A DNA stretch of 64,000 nt from an uncultured Acidobacteriota bacterium (lineage in GTDB: Bacteria > Acidobacteriota > UBA6911). Under the pieces are notes generated by a model. The model was given only the letters and a program-made list of their open reading frames with translations. It searched no databases and was not told the DNA's origin. The stretch lies in assembly GCA_963843575.1 (NCBI GenBank), contig CAWJKZ010000010.1:448001-512000 (forward strand). The letters are read 5' to 3'. Below, piece by piece: positions 11,178-21,483 of the stretch (position 1 is its first letter; the number at the start of each line of letters is the position of its first letter). Both the position numbers and the translations under genes were made by a program.

Positions 11178-13253
11178 TTACCAGTCGACGCGGAGCGAAA
11201 GCTGGATGACCCGGCCGTCGTTGGCCTGGCGGCTCAGGTCCTGCATACCCGTGGTCGCATTCGGGTTGATGTCGTTCGGGTGATTGAACACGTTGAAGAA
11301 GTCCCCCTTGAGCCGGAAGACGACCGATTCCCCGATGCGGAAGTTTTTGTAGACACCGATATCGGTGTTCCACGCGCCGGGCCCCATTATGTTCGCCCTG
11401 GGGCTCCAGTTGTAGTTTTCACCGATGGCCGTCTGCCGGATGCTGCCCCATTGGCCAGCGTCTGGGCAATCTTGTTGTCGTAGGCGGAGCCGACCTGGCG
11501 CAGGACACGCTGCGACCGGTCGACAGGCACCAGGGCCAGCAGGTCGCCGCCCACCACGTTCGTCGCCGCGGTGGGATCGAAGTAGCCCCGGAACCAGAGC
11601 CTGTTCTGTTTGCCCGCCCAGGTGAACTCCGGCCGGCTGTCCGCATCGAGGCGCGGATCGCCGAAAGCGAACAGGCTGGTGTCGGGCTCAGCCAGAAGCC
11701 GCTGCGCCAATCGCCGTTGAAGGCAATCTGCCAGCCGCCCAACAGCGTCTGCACCACCGGGTGCGCGTCGCTCATGAAGCGCTTGCCCCTGCCGAAGGGC
11801 AATTCCACGTTGCCGTTGTACCGGATGTGGTGCGGCGGAACGGTCGTGGAGTTGAAGTAGACCAGGGCGAGCCGCTGATCGTAGGTGAGGTTCGGCGCGC
11901 CGATGATCTGGAGGTTCTCGGGAACCTGGCCGCCGCCGCCGGCCGAGTTGATGCTGGTGCCGCCGAGCACAGGTTGTCTCTACCCGAGAGCCTGTGATCG
12001 ATCTTGGTGGTGTAGTTGTCCGCGTTGGTTTTTCGCGGGGAAAACTTGGTGTAGTTATAATAGGTGACGTACGGGTTCGAGTCGTTGGTCGGCAGCGCCG
12101 TCATCTTCTGCATCTGCTTGGCGAAGGCGCTGATCCGGCTGGCCGGGATCTTGTTGTCCGGGAAAGGCTGCCCGTTGCCCGTTGGCGTCGGTCGTCAACG
12201 GATCGTAGATGTGGCGTTGTTGCCGTCGGAGTCGATGATGTTGCTCGGATCACCGTTCCACATGTCCGCCGTGGGCGTGTACGTGTAATACGGGAAGTAC
12301 GATTCCCGCTGCCGGGCGCCCTCGAACGCGAAAAACCAGAACGTCTTGTCGTGGCCGTCGTAGAGTTTACCCAGCCACACGGGGCCGCCTGCCGACGCGC
12401 CGAACTCGTTGCGGATCAATTTCGGCCAGTTGTAGTTCGGGACGTACTCGCGCCGTCTGGCCACCAGCCCGGCCGTGTTGTTGCGGTGCGTGCTCGAACG
12501 CGCTGCCGTGGAAGGTATTGGTGCCGCTGCGTGTCACCATCGTAACTGTCGCCGGTCGCGAGTAGCGGGCATCGGAACCAACGGTCTCGATGCGGAATTC
12601 CTGGACGACGTCGAGACCCGGCTGAATGCGCGCGATACCGCCGCCGAACCGGTCGACAAGAGAGATACCATCAAGCGTGATTTCCAGCGATCCAACCTTC
12701 ATGCCGTTGACTCGGGCGTTGCCGCCCCCCTCGACTCCCGGGGTCAGGTCGAACAGGTTGCTGATCGACCGCCCGTTCAGAGGGAGGTCACGGATCCGGG
12801 CGAAATCCTTGACGTTCGATATTTCGGTGCTGGCCGTGTTGATGGTGGGCGCCGCGCTGGTTACCTCGACGGTCGTGCTGATGTCGCCCACCTCCATGAC
12901 CGGATTCAGTTCCACTGCTGCCCGGCCATGACCGTGAAAGTGCCCGCCCACTTCTTAAACCCGGCCAGCTCGACGGTCATCCGGTAGGGGCCGAGGGGCA
13001 GAGCGGCGATCGTGAAGATACCCACCTCGTTGCTGACGCCTGTCCGCTCCACGTTCGTCAGCTCGTTTGTTACCTTGACTTCGGCGCCGGGGATAACGGC
13101 CTGTTTCGCATCCCGCACGGTTCCTGCGACCGTTCCGGCGCCGGTCTGGGCCCAACCTGCCTCAGAGAACAGGAGGGCCGCCGCCAGCAGAAAAAGCAGC
13201 GAAGCAACAGATACGATGCTCGATCTGTTTTTCAAGCAAGGGCTCATCATCAC
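11178..13253 (-). pseudogene. TonB-dependent receptor with carboxypeptidase-regulatory-like N-domain; frameshifted and internally deleted near 11970
   Basis: GTVRDAKQAVIPGAEV, DLPLNGR, VQEFRIET, RNEFGASAGGP, C-terminal FNVFNHPN and RVIQLSLRVDW; much shorter than a full barrel. Confidence 0.85.
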
Positions 13254-13365
13254 TCACCTCATTGATCGAAAAGCGCGGATCGATCCAGCGCCAGGTTCGT
13301 TGGAAATCCGCCCCGATACAAAGTTCCGAGATCCGACTGCGACTGCCAGTTAGAGAAATAGAGAT

Positions 13366-13392
13366 GTTAGTTTCTGTCCTATGGAAAGCAAC
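13366..13392. promoter_or_regulatory. Imperfect AT-rich palindrome upstream of the TonB gene, candidate ROK operator
   Basis: GTTAGTTTC-N9-GAAAGCAAC (7 of 9 arm positions complementary); ROK gene in the same cluster. Confidence 0.3.
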
Positions 13393-13487
13393 TTAGCACC
13401 AGAATATTTTCAAAAGCAACAAAAACTCGCAGCTTGGTAACTTTTGGGCCGAGGAAGGTCTCCCTTGCGGACTGGGAATATCGCGCT

Positions 13488-15469
13488 CTACCGCTTCGAG
13501 CGGAGGCGTCGGAGGATTTCCTCCTCTTTTGACGCTTCGGGAAACCGGCCCTGCTTCCGGTAGATCTCCATGGCGGTTTCGTGTCCGGAGGCAAGGTCGG
13601 GTCGACCTTGAGGGCCTGTCGCACTGCGTCGAGTGCGCCGTCGAGGTCCCCACGCTTGAGCAGGAGCCTGGAGACCACGATCGAAACCAGCGTGTCTCTG
13701 GAATTCAGTGCCTGCGCCTTCCGGAACGCCGCGAGCGCGTCATCCCACCGGTCCACGGTGACGTAGCGACCGCCGAGGCTGAAGTAGGCGAGATAGTCGT
13801 TCGGGGATTGCGCCAGCAACTGCTTGAAGGTGCGCTCGGCCTCTTCGTACCGTCGGCCCGCGATATAGACCTCGGCCAGCCGCCGCAGCGCCAGATCGTA
13901 GCCTGGACGTAATTCCAGGGTTTTCAGGAATTCCCGCTCCGCCTGATCGAGGGCGCCGGTCACACGGCACACGACGCCGAGCTGGAAGTGCGCAACCAGG
14001 GATGCCGGGTCGCGTTGCAGGGCCTGGTTCAACAGTTTCGTCGCCCGAGCGTAATCTGCGCTCCGTGCGGCCAGCGTCCCGGCGTTGATGAGTTCATAAA
14101 GCTCGACCCGGTCCTTGGGGTCCGGAAGATTGCTACCCGGCATCGGGCCGGCGGCCTCCCTGCTGAAGGCCAGGTATCCGAGAGACGCCAGCTTTTCGAC
14201 GGTGGCAGGGTCGGCGTCCCGCGGCACGACGGCCGCCGCATTCCTGGCCGAATAGCGCGCGAGGTCCTGGCCGAGGAGCGTCTTCAGCTGGGACGCCATC
14301 GCGCGATTCGTCCCGCTGAGATCGCGTTTCTCGCCGGGGTCGGAAACCGTGTCGTACAGTTCCGGTTTCGGCGCCTCGATGTACTTGTACCGTCCCACCC
14401 GGATGCTCGACAGCGGGCTCCACTCGAAGTGGTAGAACGGGAGCATTATTTCCGCTTGCGCCGGCAACCCGGACAGGGAGCCCCTTCCCAGCAACGCGGA
14501 ATAGGCCCCTTTGCCCTGCACCTCCGGGGCGCGCACCTTTCCGGACAGGCCCAGGACCTGCAGCACCGTGGGGACCACGTCGATGGTGCGCAAGGGCCCG
14601 GCGAGCCGCTTTCCGCGCGGCGCGGTGGCTCCCGGCAGCTTGAATATCATCGGGACACGCAGCGTGGAGTCGTAAATAAAAAACCCGTGCGTCGACTCGC
14701 CGTGTTCTCCGAGGCTTTCGCCATGGTCGCCCAGCAGCACGATCATGCAGTTGTCGTACACCCCCATCCGCTTGAGGCCATCGACGACGCGCCCGACGTT
14801 TTCGTCCGTATAGGCGATCTCGCCGTCGTAGGGGCGGCCGGGGTACTGCCGGTCGTAGGGCGCCGGGGGCGTGTACGGGTCGTGTGGGTCGAACAGGTGG
14901 ACCCAGAGGAAGAAGGGTCCCTTTGGTTTTGTCTCCAGCCAGCGAAGCGTCTCCCTCGCCACCTCGTCGCCCCGCCGTTCTGCGACCACTTGCCAGTTTT
15001 GCTGCGGGACGGAGGGAAAGTTGTCGTAGTAGAAATCGAACCCCTGGTTGATTCCCCAGCGCGCTTCCAGGACGGCCGAGGCGACCACCGCGCCCGTACG
15101 ATATCCGGCGGACTTGAGCATGGTGGCGAGTGTGGTTCTCTCTTTGCTGAGGGTGAATCCGGTGAAGTCGCGTACCCCGTGAAACACCGGGTAAGTCCCG
15201 GTAAAGATGGAAGCGTGGGAAGGCAGGGTCAACGGGACGGGGGTGTACGCGTTCTCGACGAGGATCCCGTCGGCGGCAAGCTCGTTGATCCGAGGCGTTT
15301 TGATCGCCTTGTAGCCGTAGCACTCGAGGTGATCCGCCCGGAGGGTGTCGACGGTGATGATCACGAGGTTCGGCGGCTGGGCCGGCGCCTGCACGAGCCC
15401 GCCGGCGGCCGGCACAATCAGGAGCGACAGGGTCAAGACCGCTCCACAGCGAAAAAAGTGCTTCATCAT
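13488..15469 (-). CDS. Sulfatase-like hydrolase with C-terminal TPR repeats, frameshift near 13580
   Basis: ITVDTLRADHL, TLPSHASIFTG, WVHLFDPHDPY, GDHGESLGEHGE, TPR helices; likely true stop at 13488. Confidence 0.9.
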
Positions 15470-15494
15470 TCCTTGATCGAATCGCCGGGCGTCT

Positions 15495-16718
15495 TCAGCC
15501 GATAGAAGCGATGCTGGGGACGGCGAAGGAACGGGCCAGAACCAGGGCGATGGACCCCACTAGGCTGGGCCGGCTTTCCAGCGTCGTGGGGCTCAGGGCC
15601 AGGTGGTCGAGATAAAACCTGGGGATCCGCTGCGACAGTTCCCGGATCATGATCGGGTAGACCGTCGCCCAAGCGCGGGTCACCGGGCCGCCCAACACGA
15701 TCACCTCCGGGTTCAGCGCGTAGATAATCGGGATGAGCCCCCTGCCCAGAAACGCTGCCTTCTCGTGCAGCGCCTGGACGGCCTCCCTGTCACCCTGCGA
15801 GGCGCGCGACAGAACGTCGTCGATCGTGCAGCCGCCGGCGTCTCCGGGCTGCGAGGCGCGCAGCTCCTCGTAGCGCCGCACGGTGGCGGGGTCGGACGCG
15901 TACGCCTCCAGGCATCCCCGGCCGCCGCAGCTGCAAGGGGGCCCGTCGGGGTGAAGCGGAATGTGGCCGAACTCCCCCGCCCCGTTCATCGAGCCGTGGT
16001 AGAACTGCCCGCGGATGATTATGCCCGACCCTATCCCCTCGCCGATATCGCAGAAGACCAGATTTCTCGGCGGACGGGCGTGTTTGCCGAACCAGATCTC
16101 GGCCAGGGCACCGAGCCACGCGCCGTTTTCAAAATAAAGGGGGATGTCCATTTCCAGCAGGCGTCGCAGCATGGAACCGACCGGGACATCGTCGCCCCAA
16201 CCGAGGCCTTCGCCGGCCAGCACCCTTCCCTCCACCGGGTCCACGAGCCCGACCAGCGACACCCCGATCCCCTCGGCCCCTTCCGCCCGGCACGACCGCA
16301 GCACCTCCTTGATCGCGCGCGCCACGGCCGCCATTGCGGCGTGCGGGTCGGGATCGGCCGGCAGATCGACGCACCGCTGGATCTTTCCCCGGAAATCGCT
16401 CAGGGCAACGGTGTAGCCGCTGGGACGCAGGTCCACCCCAATGGCACAGGCCTTCCGCGGATTGATGTGGAGATAGCGCTTCTTGCGCCCGCCCAGCGGC
16501 GACGACTCCCCCACGCCCTCCTCGTAAACGAAGTTGTCGGCCAGCAGCCGCGACACGATCTTCGAGACGGTGCTTCCCTCCAGCCCGATCAGTTCGGCGA
16601 TCTCGATGCGGGAGATCGGGTGTTTCTCCCGAATAACGTTCAACACCATGACTTCGTTGATGTCCCGCAGCACGCGGTGGTTCGCCGGGGCGAGATTGCC
16701 GATATCCATCTTTCTCAT
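15495..16718 (-). CDS. ROK family transcriptional regulator
   Basis: N-terminal HTH (ISRIEIAELIGL), GEGIGSGII, GEFGHI, CSCGGRGCLE. Confidence 0.95.
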   Translation of the reverse strand: MRKMDIGNLAPANHRVLRDINEVMVLNVIREKHPISRIEIAELIGLEGSTVSKIVSRLLADNFVYEEGVGESSPLGGRKKRYLHINPRKACAIGVDLRPSGYTVALSDFRGKIQRCVDLPADPDPHAAMAAVARAIKEVLRSCRAEGAEGIGVSLVGLVDPVEGRVLAGEGLGWGDDVPVGSMLRRLLEMDIPLYFENGAWLGALAEIWFGKHARPPRNLVFCDIGEGIGSGIIIRGQFYHGSMNGAGEFGHIPLHPDGPPCSCGGRGCLEAYASDPATVRRYEELRASQPGDAGGCTIDDVLSRASQGDREAVQALHEKAAFLGRGLIPIIYALNPEVIVLGGPVTRAWATVYPIMIRELSQRIPRFYLDHLALSPTTLESRPSLVGSIALVLARSFAVPSIASIG

Positions 16719-16783
16719 AGTGGCACCGGTTATATGATGACGGAATCTAACCCCCTGCCCGACACGAAGTCAAGGAGCGCTCT

Positions 16784-16882
16784 GGAGTGCGGCGGCTCGA
16801 CGCCGCTTTGGTCCCGGCGCCTAGGCGCCGGGTATTCCGGCCATAGGAACTAGGCGAAAGCGGCGTCGAGCCGCCGCACTCC
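16784..16882. repeat. REP family A, full doublet
   Basis: GGAGTGCGGCGGCTCGACGCCGCTTT and its exact reverse complement at the two ends. Confidence 0.95.
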
Positions 16883-16885
16883 GCA

Positions 16886-18418
16886 TTACCAGATGCGGAT
16901 CAGGGAGACGCCGTGCCGGGCGACTTTCGTTTCGAACTGATTCTCGAACACGCCCACATCGCGCTGCCGCCACAGGTCCCGGACGCGACGCCGGCCGGCG
17001 ACGCCCAGATCGGACCAGCGCGCCGTCACCGCGGCTTCGGTTTCGCCGCGATTGAAGAGGCCGACGGCCAGCGAGCCGTCTTCCAGGGACCTGGCCCACA
17101 CTTCACGAGTTCCCTCGCGGGCCACGCGCCGCCCCGGCTTGCCGAGCGGGTCTTGGTCGACCTCGATCACCTCGTCGTTGCAGAGCAGGCCGAGCGTGAA
17201 GTCGTCCAGCCGCGTGATGTCGCCGCTGAAGATCAGCGGCGCCGCTACCAGCGACCACAGCGACACGTGCGAATACTGTTCGTTCGGCGTTAGCGGCGTC
17301 GGGACGGTCTGCCCTTTCCAGTTGCTCAGGTAGCCCAGGAGCAGGTAATCGGGATCGTTCCAGCCTCCCGGCCCGCCGTATTTGTGGAGTTCCCTCTGCG
17401 CATAGACGTCGAAGCCGTCGCGGAAGAGCGCGGTTCCGATTTCTTCGAAGCTCCCCCCGAGATCTCCTGCGGTCCTCCAGCTGTGTCCCCCGACTTCTTT
17501 GCCCCACTCCCAGACATTCCCCATCCCGTACTGGCAGAGGTTGAGGATGATGTCCCGCGGCTGGCTCTTCAGGATGTCGCTGATCACCCGGTATGGCTTC
17601 TGCAGCGCGGCACGGTCGGGATTCTTCGCGATTTCCTTGTAGGAACACCAATCGTATTTCAGGAAATCGAATCCCCAGTCCACAAACTGTTCCACGTCCT
17701 GCCGCTCGTGCTGCCAGGCGGCGACGTGCCTGGCGCAGGTCAGCGGGCCGGGGGAGGTGTAGATGCCCGCTTTCAGCCCCTTCGCGTGGATATATGCGGT
17801 GAGCGCCTTCATGTCGGGGAAGCGGGGGTTGGCGTTCACGCGGCCGCGCGCGTCGCGCGGTTCCCCCTGCAGGGACGCGTCCGGCGATCCCGGCTTCACC
17901 GACCAGCAGTCGTCGATGTTTACGTACATGTAGCCGTGATCGATCATCCCGCTGGCGACCATGGCGTCGGCCGCGGCGCGCATGATCTCGTCCGTCACGT
18001 GATTCTCCCAGACGTACCAGCTGTTCCACCCCATGTGCGGGGTGAGCGCCAGCGTGTCGCCGCAGACGATCCGGAAGTCGCGCCGATCACGGCCGTGTCG
18101 GTTGGACGCCTGAAAGACCACCTTGTAGGTTCCGCGCGCGCCGAGTTTGCCGGTGATCTGGCCGGTGCTCCTGTTCACCGATAGCCCTTCAGGAAGTCCG
18201 TCCACCGCGAACTCCATCGGCCGCTCGCCCGCCGCCGGGATGGTAAACAGAAAGGGGGACCCGGGCCGAACGCCAAAAACCCTGGCGCCGTTTATCCTGG
18301 GCTGCGGCGCGGGTTTCGGGGTCAGGACGACCTTCTGTTCCGCAGGCACGCAATAAAGCGCAGTCAGCGAGCAGAGCATCAGGGCGATGCCGGAATATCG
18401 GACCAGTGAACGAGTCAT
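16886..18418 (-). CDS. Alpha-galactosidase GH27 with putative Ig domain
   Basis: TPHMGWNSW, YVNIDDCW, FDFLKYDWC, SWRTAGD, GWNDPDYL. Confidence 0.95.
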   Translation of the reverse strand: MTRSLVRYSGIALMLCSLTALYCVPAEQKVVLTPKPAPQPRINGARVFGVRPGSPFLFTIPAAGERPMEFAVDGLPEGLSVNRSTGQITGKLGARGTYKVVFQASNRHGRDRRDFRIVCGDTLALTPHMGWNSWYVWENHVTDEIMRAAADAMVASGMIDHGYMYVNIDDCWSVKPGSPDASLQGEPRDARGRVNANPRFPDMKALTAYIHAKGLKAGIYTSPGPLTCARHVAAWQHERQDVEQFVDWGFDFLKYDWCSYKEIAKNPDRAALQKPYRVISDILKSQPRDIILNLCQYGMGNVWEWGKEVGGHSWRTAGDLGGSFEEIGTALFRDGFDVYAQRELHKYGGPGGWNDPDYLLLGYLSNWKGQTVPTPLTPNEQYSHVSLWSLVAAPLIFSGDITRLDDFTLGLLCNDEVIEVDQDPLGKPGRRVAREGTREVWARSLEDGSLAVGLFNRGETEAAVTARWSDLGVAGRRRVRDLWRQRDVGVFENQFETKVARHGVSLIRIW

Positions 18419-18456
18419 CTCCGCCTCCACGAGGAAGTCACATTTAGAGAGTTTTG

Positions 18457-18607
18457 TGGAGTGCGGCGGCTCGACGCCGCTTTGGGGTCGGCGCCTGGGC
18501 GCCGACCCGACAGCGGTGCCGAAGCACCGCACTCCATAGGTATGTCACCCGCCGGACATCTCGGCCGTTGATTTCAGCGTAAAGCGGCGCCCAGGCGCCG
18601 CACTCCA
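18457..18607. repeat. REP family A, three units
   Basis: Doublet 18457-18536 plus a third unit ending CCGCACTCCA at 18607; spacer matches the reverse complement of 45083-45140. Confidence 0.9.
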
Positions 18608-18852
18608 TAAGAGGCCATGTTACAGCGAACCGGGCGGGACTATGAACCGAAGATACTTTCTGAACAGGGTTTGTCGCGTCGCGCACGCGCCGCCGCCGGC
18701 GGATCGCCTTCGGCGGTATCGAGCGCCTGTCGAACAAGCACCGGGTCCCTACCGACCCGTTCGTCAAAGACCTGCAATGGAAGCCGTCCACAATCGTTTC
18801 CGCGCGCTCGACGCGGTAGACCGGTAAAGCAGACAAGAGTTCTCAACTGCGT

Positions 18853-19055
18853 CCGCCCTGCCCGTAAGACAAGTGGGTCCGGGCTTCAGCCCGGACGTCT
18901 TTTGATCTGATCTATGTGGCGACGGGCGCACGTTATAGCGACCGCAAACAGCGTCCGGGCTTGAAGCCCGGACCCACTTTTCTGTTGCATGCGGTGCACG
19001 CGTTCCCGTATAGCGCCGATCAAACTGCGTCCGGGCTGAAGCCCGGACCCACTTG
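18853..19055. repeat. REP/REPIN cluster, family B
   Basis: AAGTGGGTCCGGGCTTCAGCCCGGAC...GTCCGGGCTTGAAGCCCGGACCCACTT plus a third unit. Confidence 0.93.
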
Positions 19056-20402
19056 ATTTGTATGTGCGAAGGGGCGAGAGGCGGCGCGCGACCAGGCGAT
19101 AAGCAAGACGATGCCGGCGAGGATCATGGCCACGCTCAGGCCGACCCAGAGGCCGACGACGCCCCAGCCGAGCCGAAAGCAGAAGTACCAGGCGACCGGG
19201 ATGCCAACTCCCCAGTCGCAAAAGAGATGGGTGACCATCGCGGTGCGCGTGTCGCCAGTGCCGCGCAGCGCCCCGACCGTCACCCCCTGGATGCCGTCGA
19301 ACAGCTGAAAAACGGCAGCCATCATCAGCAGGACCGCGCCGAGGGCGATGACCTCCCTGTCGCCCGAGTAGAGTCGGACGATGGCGCGCGGCACCGACAG
19401 GAACACCAGTCCCGAGGCGGCCATGAAGGAAGCCCCGAGGGCCACAGCCGTCCAGCCTGCGCGGCCGGCGCCGCGCAGGTCCCGCCGTCCAAGCGCCTGC
19501 CCCACCCGTACTGCGGCCGCCGACGAGATACCGAGCGGCACCATGAACGTCAGGCTCGCCGTGTGCAGCGCGACCTGGTGGGCTGCGAGTGGAATCGCGC
19601 CGAGGGTTCCGGCCAGCGCCGTCGCTGCGCCAAAGACGCCGACCTCGAGGCTGATGTGCAGCGCGGCGGGAAGCCCCAGTCCGAGCAGGCGACGGAGCCG
19701 TGCCGGGTCCGGCCGAAGGGCGACGCGGGTAAGCCCCCACCGGTGCCGCCACTCGTGGTACAGGATGTAGGCGAGCAAGGAGCCTGCCATGTACGCTCGG
19801 GCGATGCACGTCGACCAACCCGAGCCTTCCACTCCCATGGCGGGAAATCCCAGGTGTCCATATATCAGTACCCAGTTGCCGAAGACATTGACGAGGTTCG
19901 CGCTGATCAGCGCAACGGCCACGGGCCGGACCAGGTTCATCCCTTGCAGATAACGACGGAAGGCGAAATACGCCATCAGCGGCGGCGCGCTCCAGAGGAT
20001 CGCGCGCAGATAAGGGCGCGCCAGCTGCAGGATCGCAGGCTCGACTCCCAGGGTACGCAGCGCGGGCAGAAGCGACCACACCAGGGTCATCATCAGGGGC
20101 GAGATCCCCAGGACCAGGTAGAGGCTGTTCAGCAGCGAGTGGTGGCAGTCGTCGACGTTGCCCGAACCGTAGGCCTGCGCGACCAGCGTGTCCAACCCCA
20201 GCAGCAGCCCGCTGCCGAACACGCCCACGACATAGAAAAGGACGTTCCCCAGGCTGGTGGCGCCGATCGCGTTGGTGCCATTCGGGAGCCGGCCCACCAT
20301 CATGGTGTCCACGATCCCCATCGTCACCCAGCCGATCTCAGCCAGCACCAACGGCGCCGCCAGCCGCAGCATCGGCCGGATTTCCGAACGGAACCCCTGC
20401 AT
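19020..20402 (-). CDS. MATE family efflux transporter
   Basis: RLAAPLVLAEIG, VDTMMVGRL, FQLFDGIQ, GALRGTGDTR; about 12 TM helices. Confidence 0.95.
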   Translation of the reverse strand: MQGFRSEIRPMLRLAAPLVLAEIGWVTMGIVDTMMVGRLPNGTNAIGATSLGNVLFYVVGVFGSGLLLGLDTLVAQAYGSGNVDDCHHSLLNSLYLVLGISPLMMTLVWSLLPALRTLGVEPAILQLARPYLRAILWSAPPLMAYFAFRRYLQGMNLVRPVAVALISANLVNVFGNWVLIYGHLGFPAMGVEGSGWSTCIARAYMAGSLLAYILYHEWRHRWGLTRVALRPDPARLRRLLGLGLPAALHISLEVGVFGAATALAGTLGAIPLAAHQVALHTASLTFMVPLGISSAAAVRVGQALGRRDLRGAGRAGWTAVALGASFMAASGLVFLSVPRAIVRLYSGDREVIALGAVLLMMAAVFQLFDGIQGVTVGALRGTGDTRTAMVTHLFCDWGVGIPVAWYFCFRLGWGVVGLWVGLSVAMILAGIVLLIAWSRAASRPFAHTNQVGPGFSPDAV

Positions 20403-20629
20403 GCCCGAAAGTAACACTCGCCCCCCCAAACCGGCCGCGCCGGAACAGCTGAGAGAATACCGCAACACGTCGAACGGTCGGACACTCATCTTCGGCATCC
20501 CGCCGGACTCGGAGGTCCGGCAACTCGACCTGGTCCCTGGTGGCACGGTAATCTGTTCCGGAGTGCAAACAAGCAGGCGGCGAATATTTTGATCTCATTC
20601 GGTTGAATGCTGTGCAACGGAGGTGCAAG

Positions 20630-21208
20630 GTGGCGGGGACCCTCGTAGCGCTGATTCGCGGAATAAACGTCGGACGCGCGAAACGGGTGGCGATGGCGGA
20701 ATTGCGCTCAGCGATGGAGGACTTGGGCTATGGGGACGTGCGCACGCTGCTCAACAGCGGTAACGTGGTTTTCGCGGCCGGCCGCACCACGCCCGCAGCG
20801 GCTGCGGCCCGTATCGAGGAGACCCTCGTGGCGCGGTTGGGAGTTCGCGCTCGCGCCATCGTGCTGACCGCAGCAGAACTCGCGGACGCCGTCGACGGCA
20901 ACCCGCTGCTTGGGGTGGCAGCCGACCCGTCCCGCCTGCTTGTCGCCTGCCTCGCCAACCCGGCCGATCGGGCCCGGCTTGAGCCGCTGCTGGAGCGACA
21001 GTGGTCCCCGGAGGCCCTCGCCCTCGGCGGGCGTGTGGCCTACCTCTGGTGCCCCGGAGGGGTGCTCGCGAGCCCTCTTGCCGATGCCGTCGGGCGTGCG
21101 CTCCGCGACGCGGTCACCACACGCAATTGGGCAACCGTGACCAAGCTGCACGCCCTCGCCAAAGCCCGGCTTGTCCCAGGGGACCCGAGAAAGACGCGGT
21201 CACGGTGA
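20630..21208 (+). CDS. DUF1697 family protein
   Basis: VALIRGINVG, DVRTLLNSGNVVF, TTRNWATV; GGAGG upstream of GTG. Confidence 0.9.
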   Translation: MAGTLVALIRGINVGRAKRVAMAELRSAMEDLGYGDVRTLLNSGNVVFAAGRTTPAAAAARIEETLVARLGVRARAIVLTAAELADAVDGNPLLGVAADPSRLLVACLANPADRARLEPLLERQWSPEALALGGRVAYLWCPGGVLASPLADAVGRALRDAVTTRNWATVTKLHALAKARLVPGDPRKTRSR

Positions 21209-21247
21209 CCGAATACATCTTTGGGCCTCGTTGCCGTCGGTATTCGC

Positions 21248-21277
21248 TTGACAGTCGTCAGAGCGGGCAAATACGCT
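21248..21277 (+). promoter_or_regulatory. Possible sigma70 promoter of the GH88 gene
   Basis: TTGACA-N18-TACGCT. Confidence 0.4.
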
Positions 21278-21483
21278 GAGCCTACTGAACGCTGCGAAGA
21301 AAGGCCCAACGCAGAGGCGCAGATAACGCATCAGGAAGTTTCCAGTCGACCAGACCTTGCAGGCGCCTCATCCGGAACCTGACATCCTCGTCGTCGTTGC
21401 CGCCCGTTTATTTCTCACGACAGCAGCTGTTCCCGACGGTGGTCGTCCGAACCGCCCACTCTTTTCACCTGGAGGAGCAAACC

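Noticed and set aside
20550-20570. Sigma54 promoter (TGGCACG...) upstream of the DUF1697 gene
   Set aside because: No GC at the -12 position.
21280-21480. Riboswitch in the ~200-nt leader of the GH88 gene
   Set aside because: No recognisable c-di-GMP, TPP, cobalamin or other aptamer consensus.
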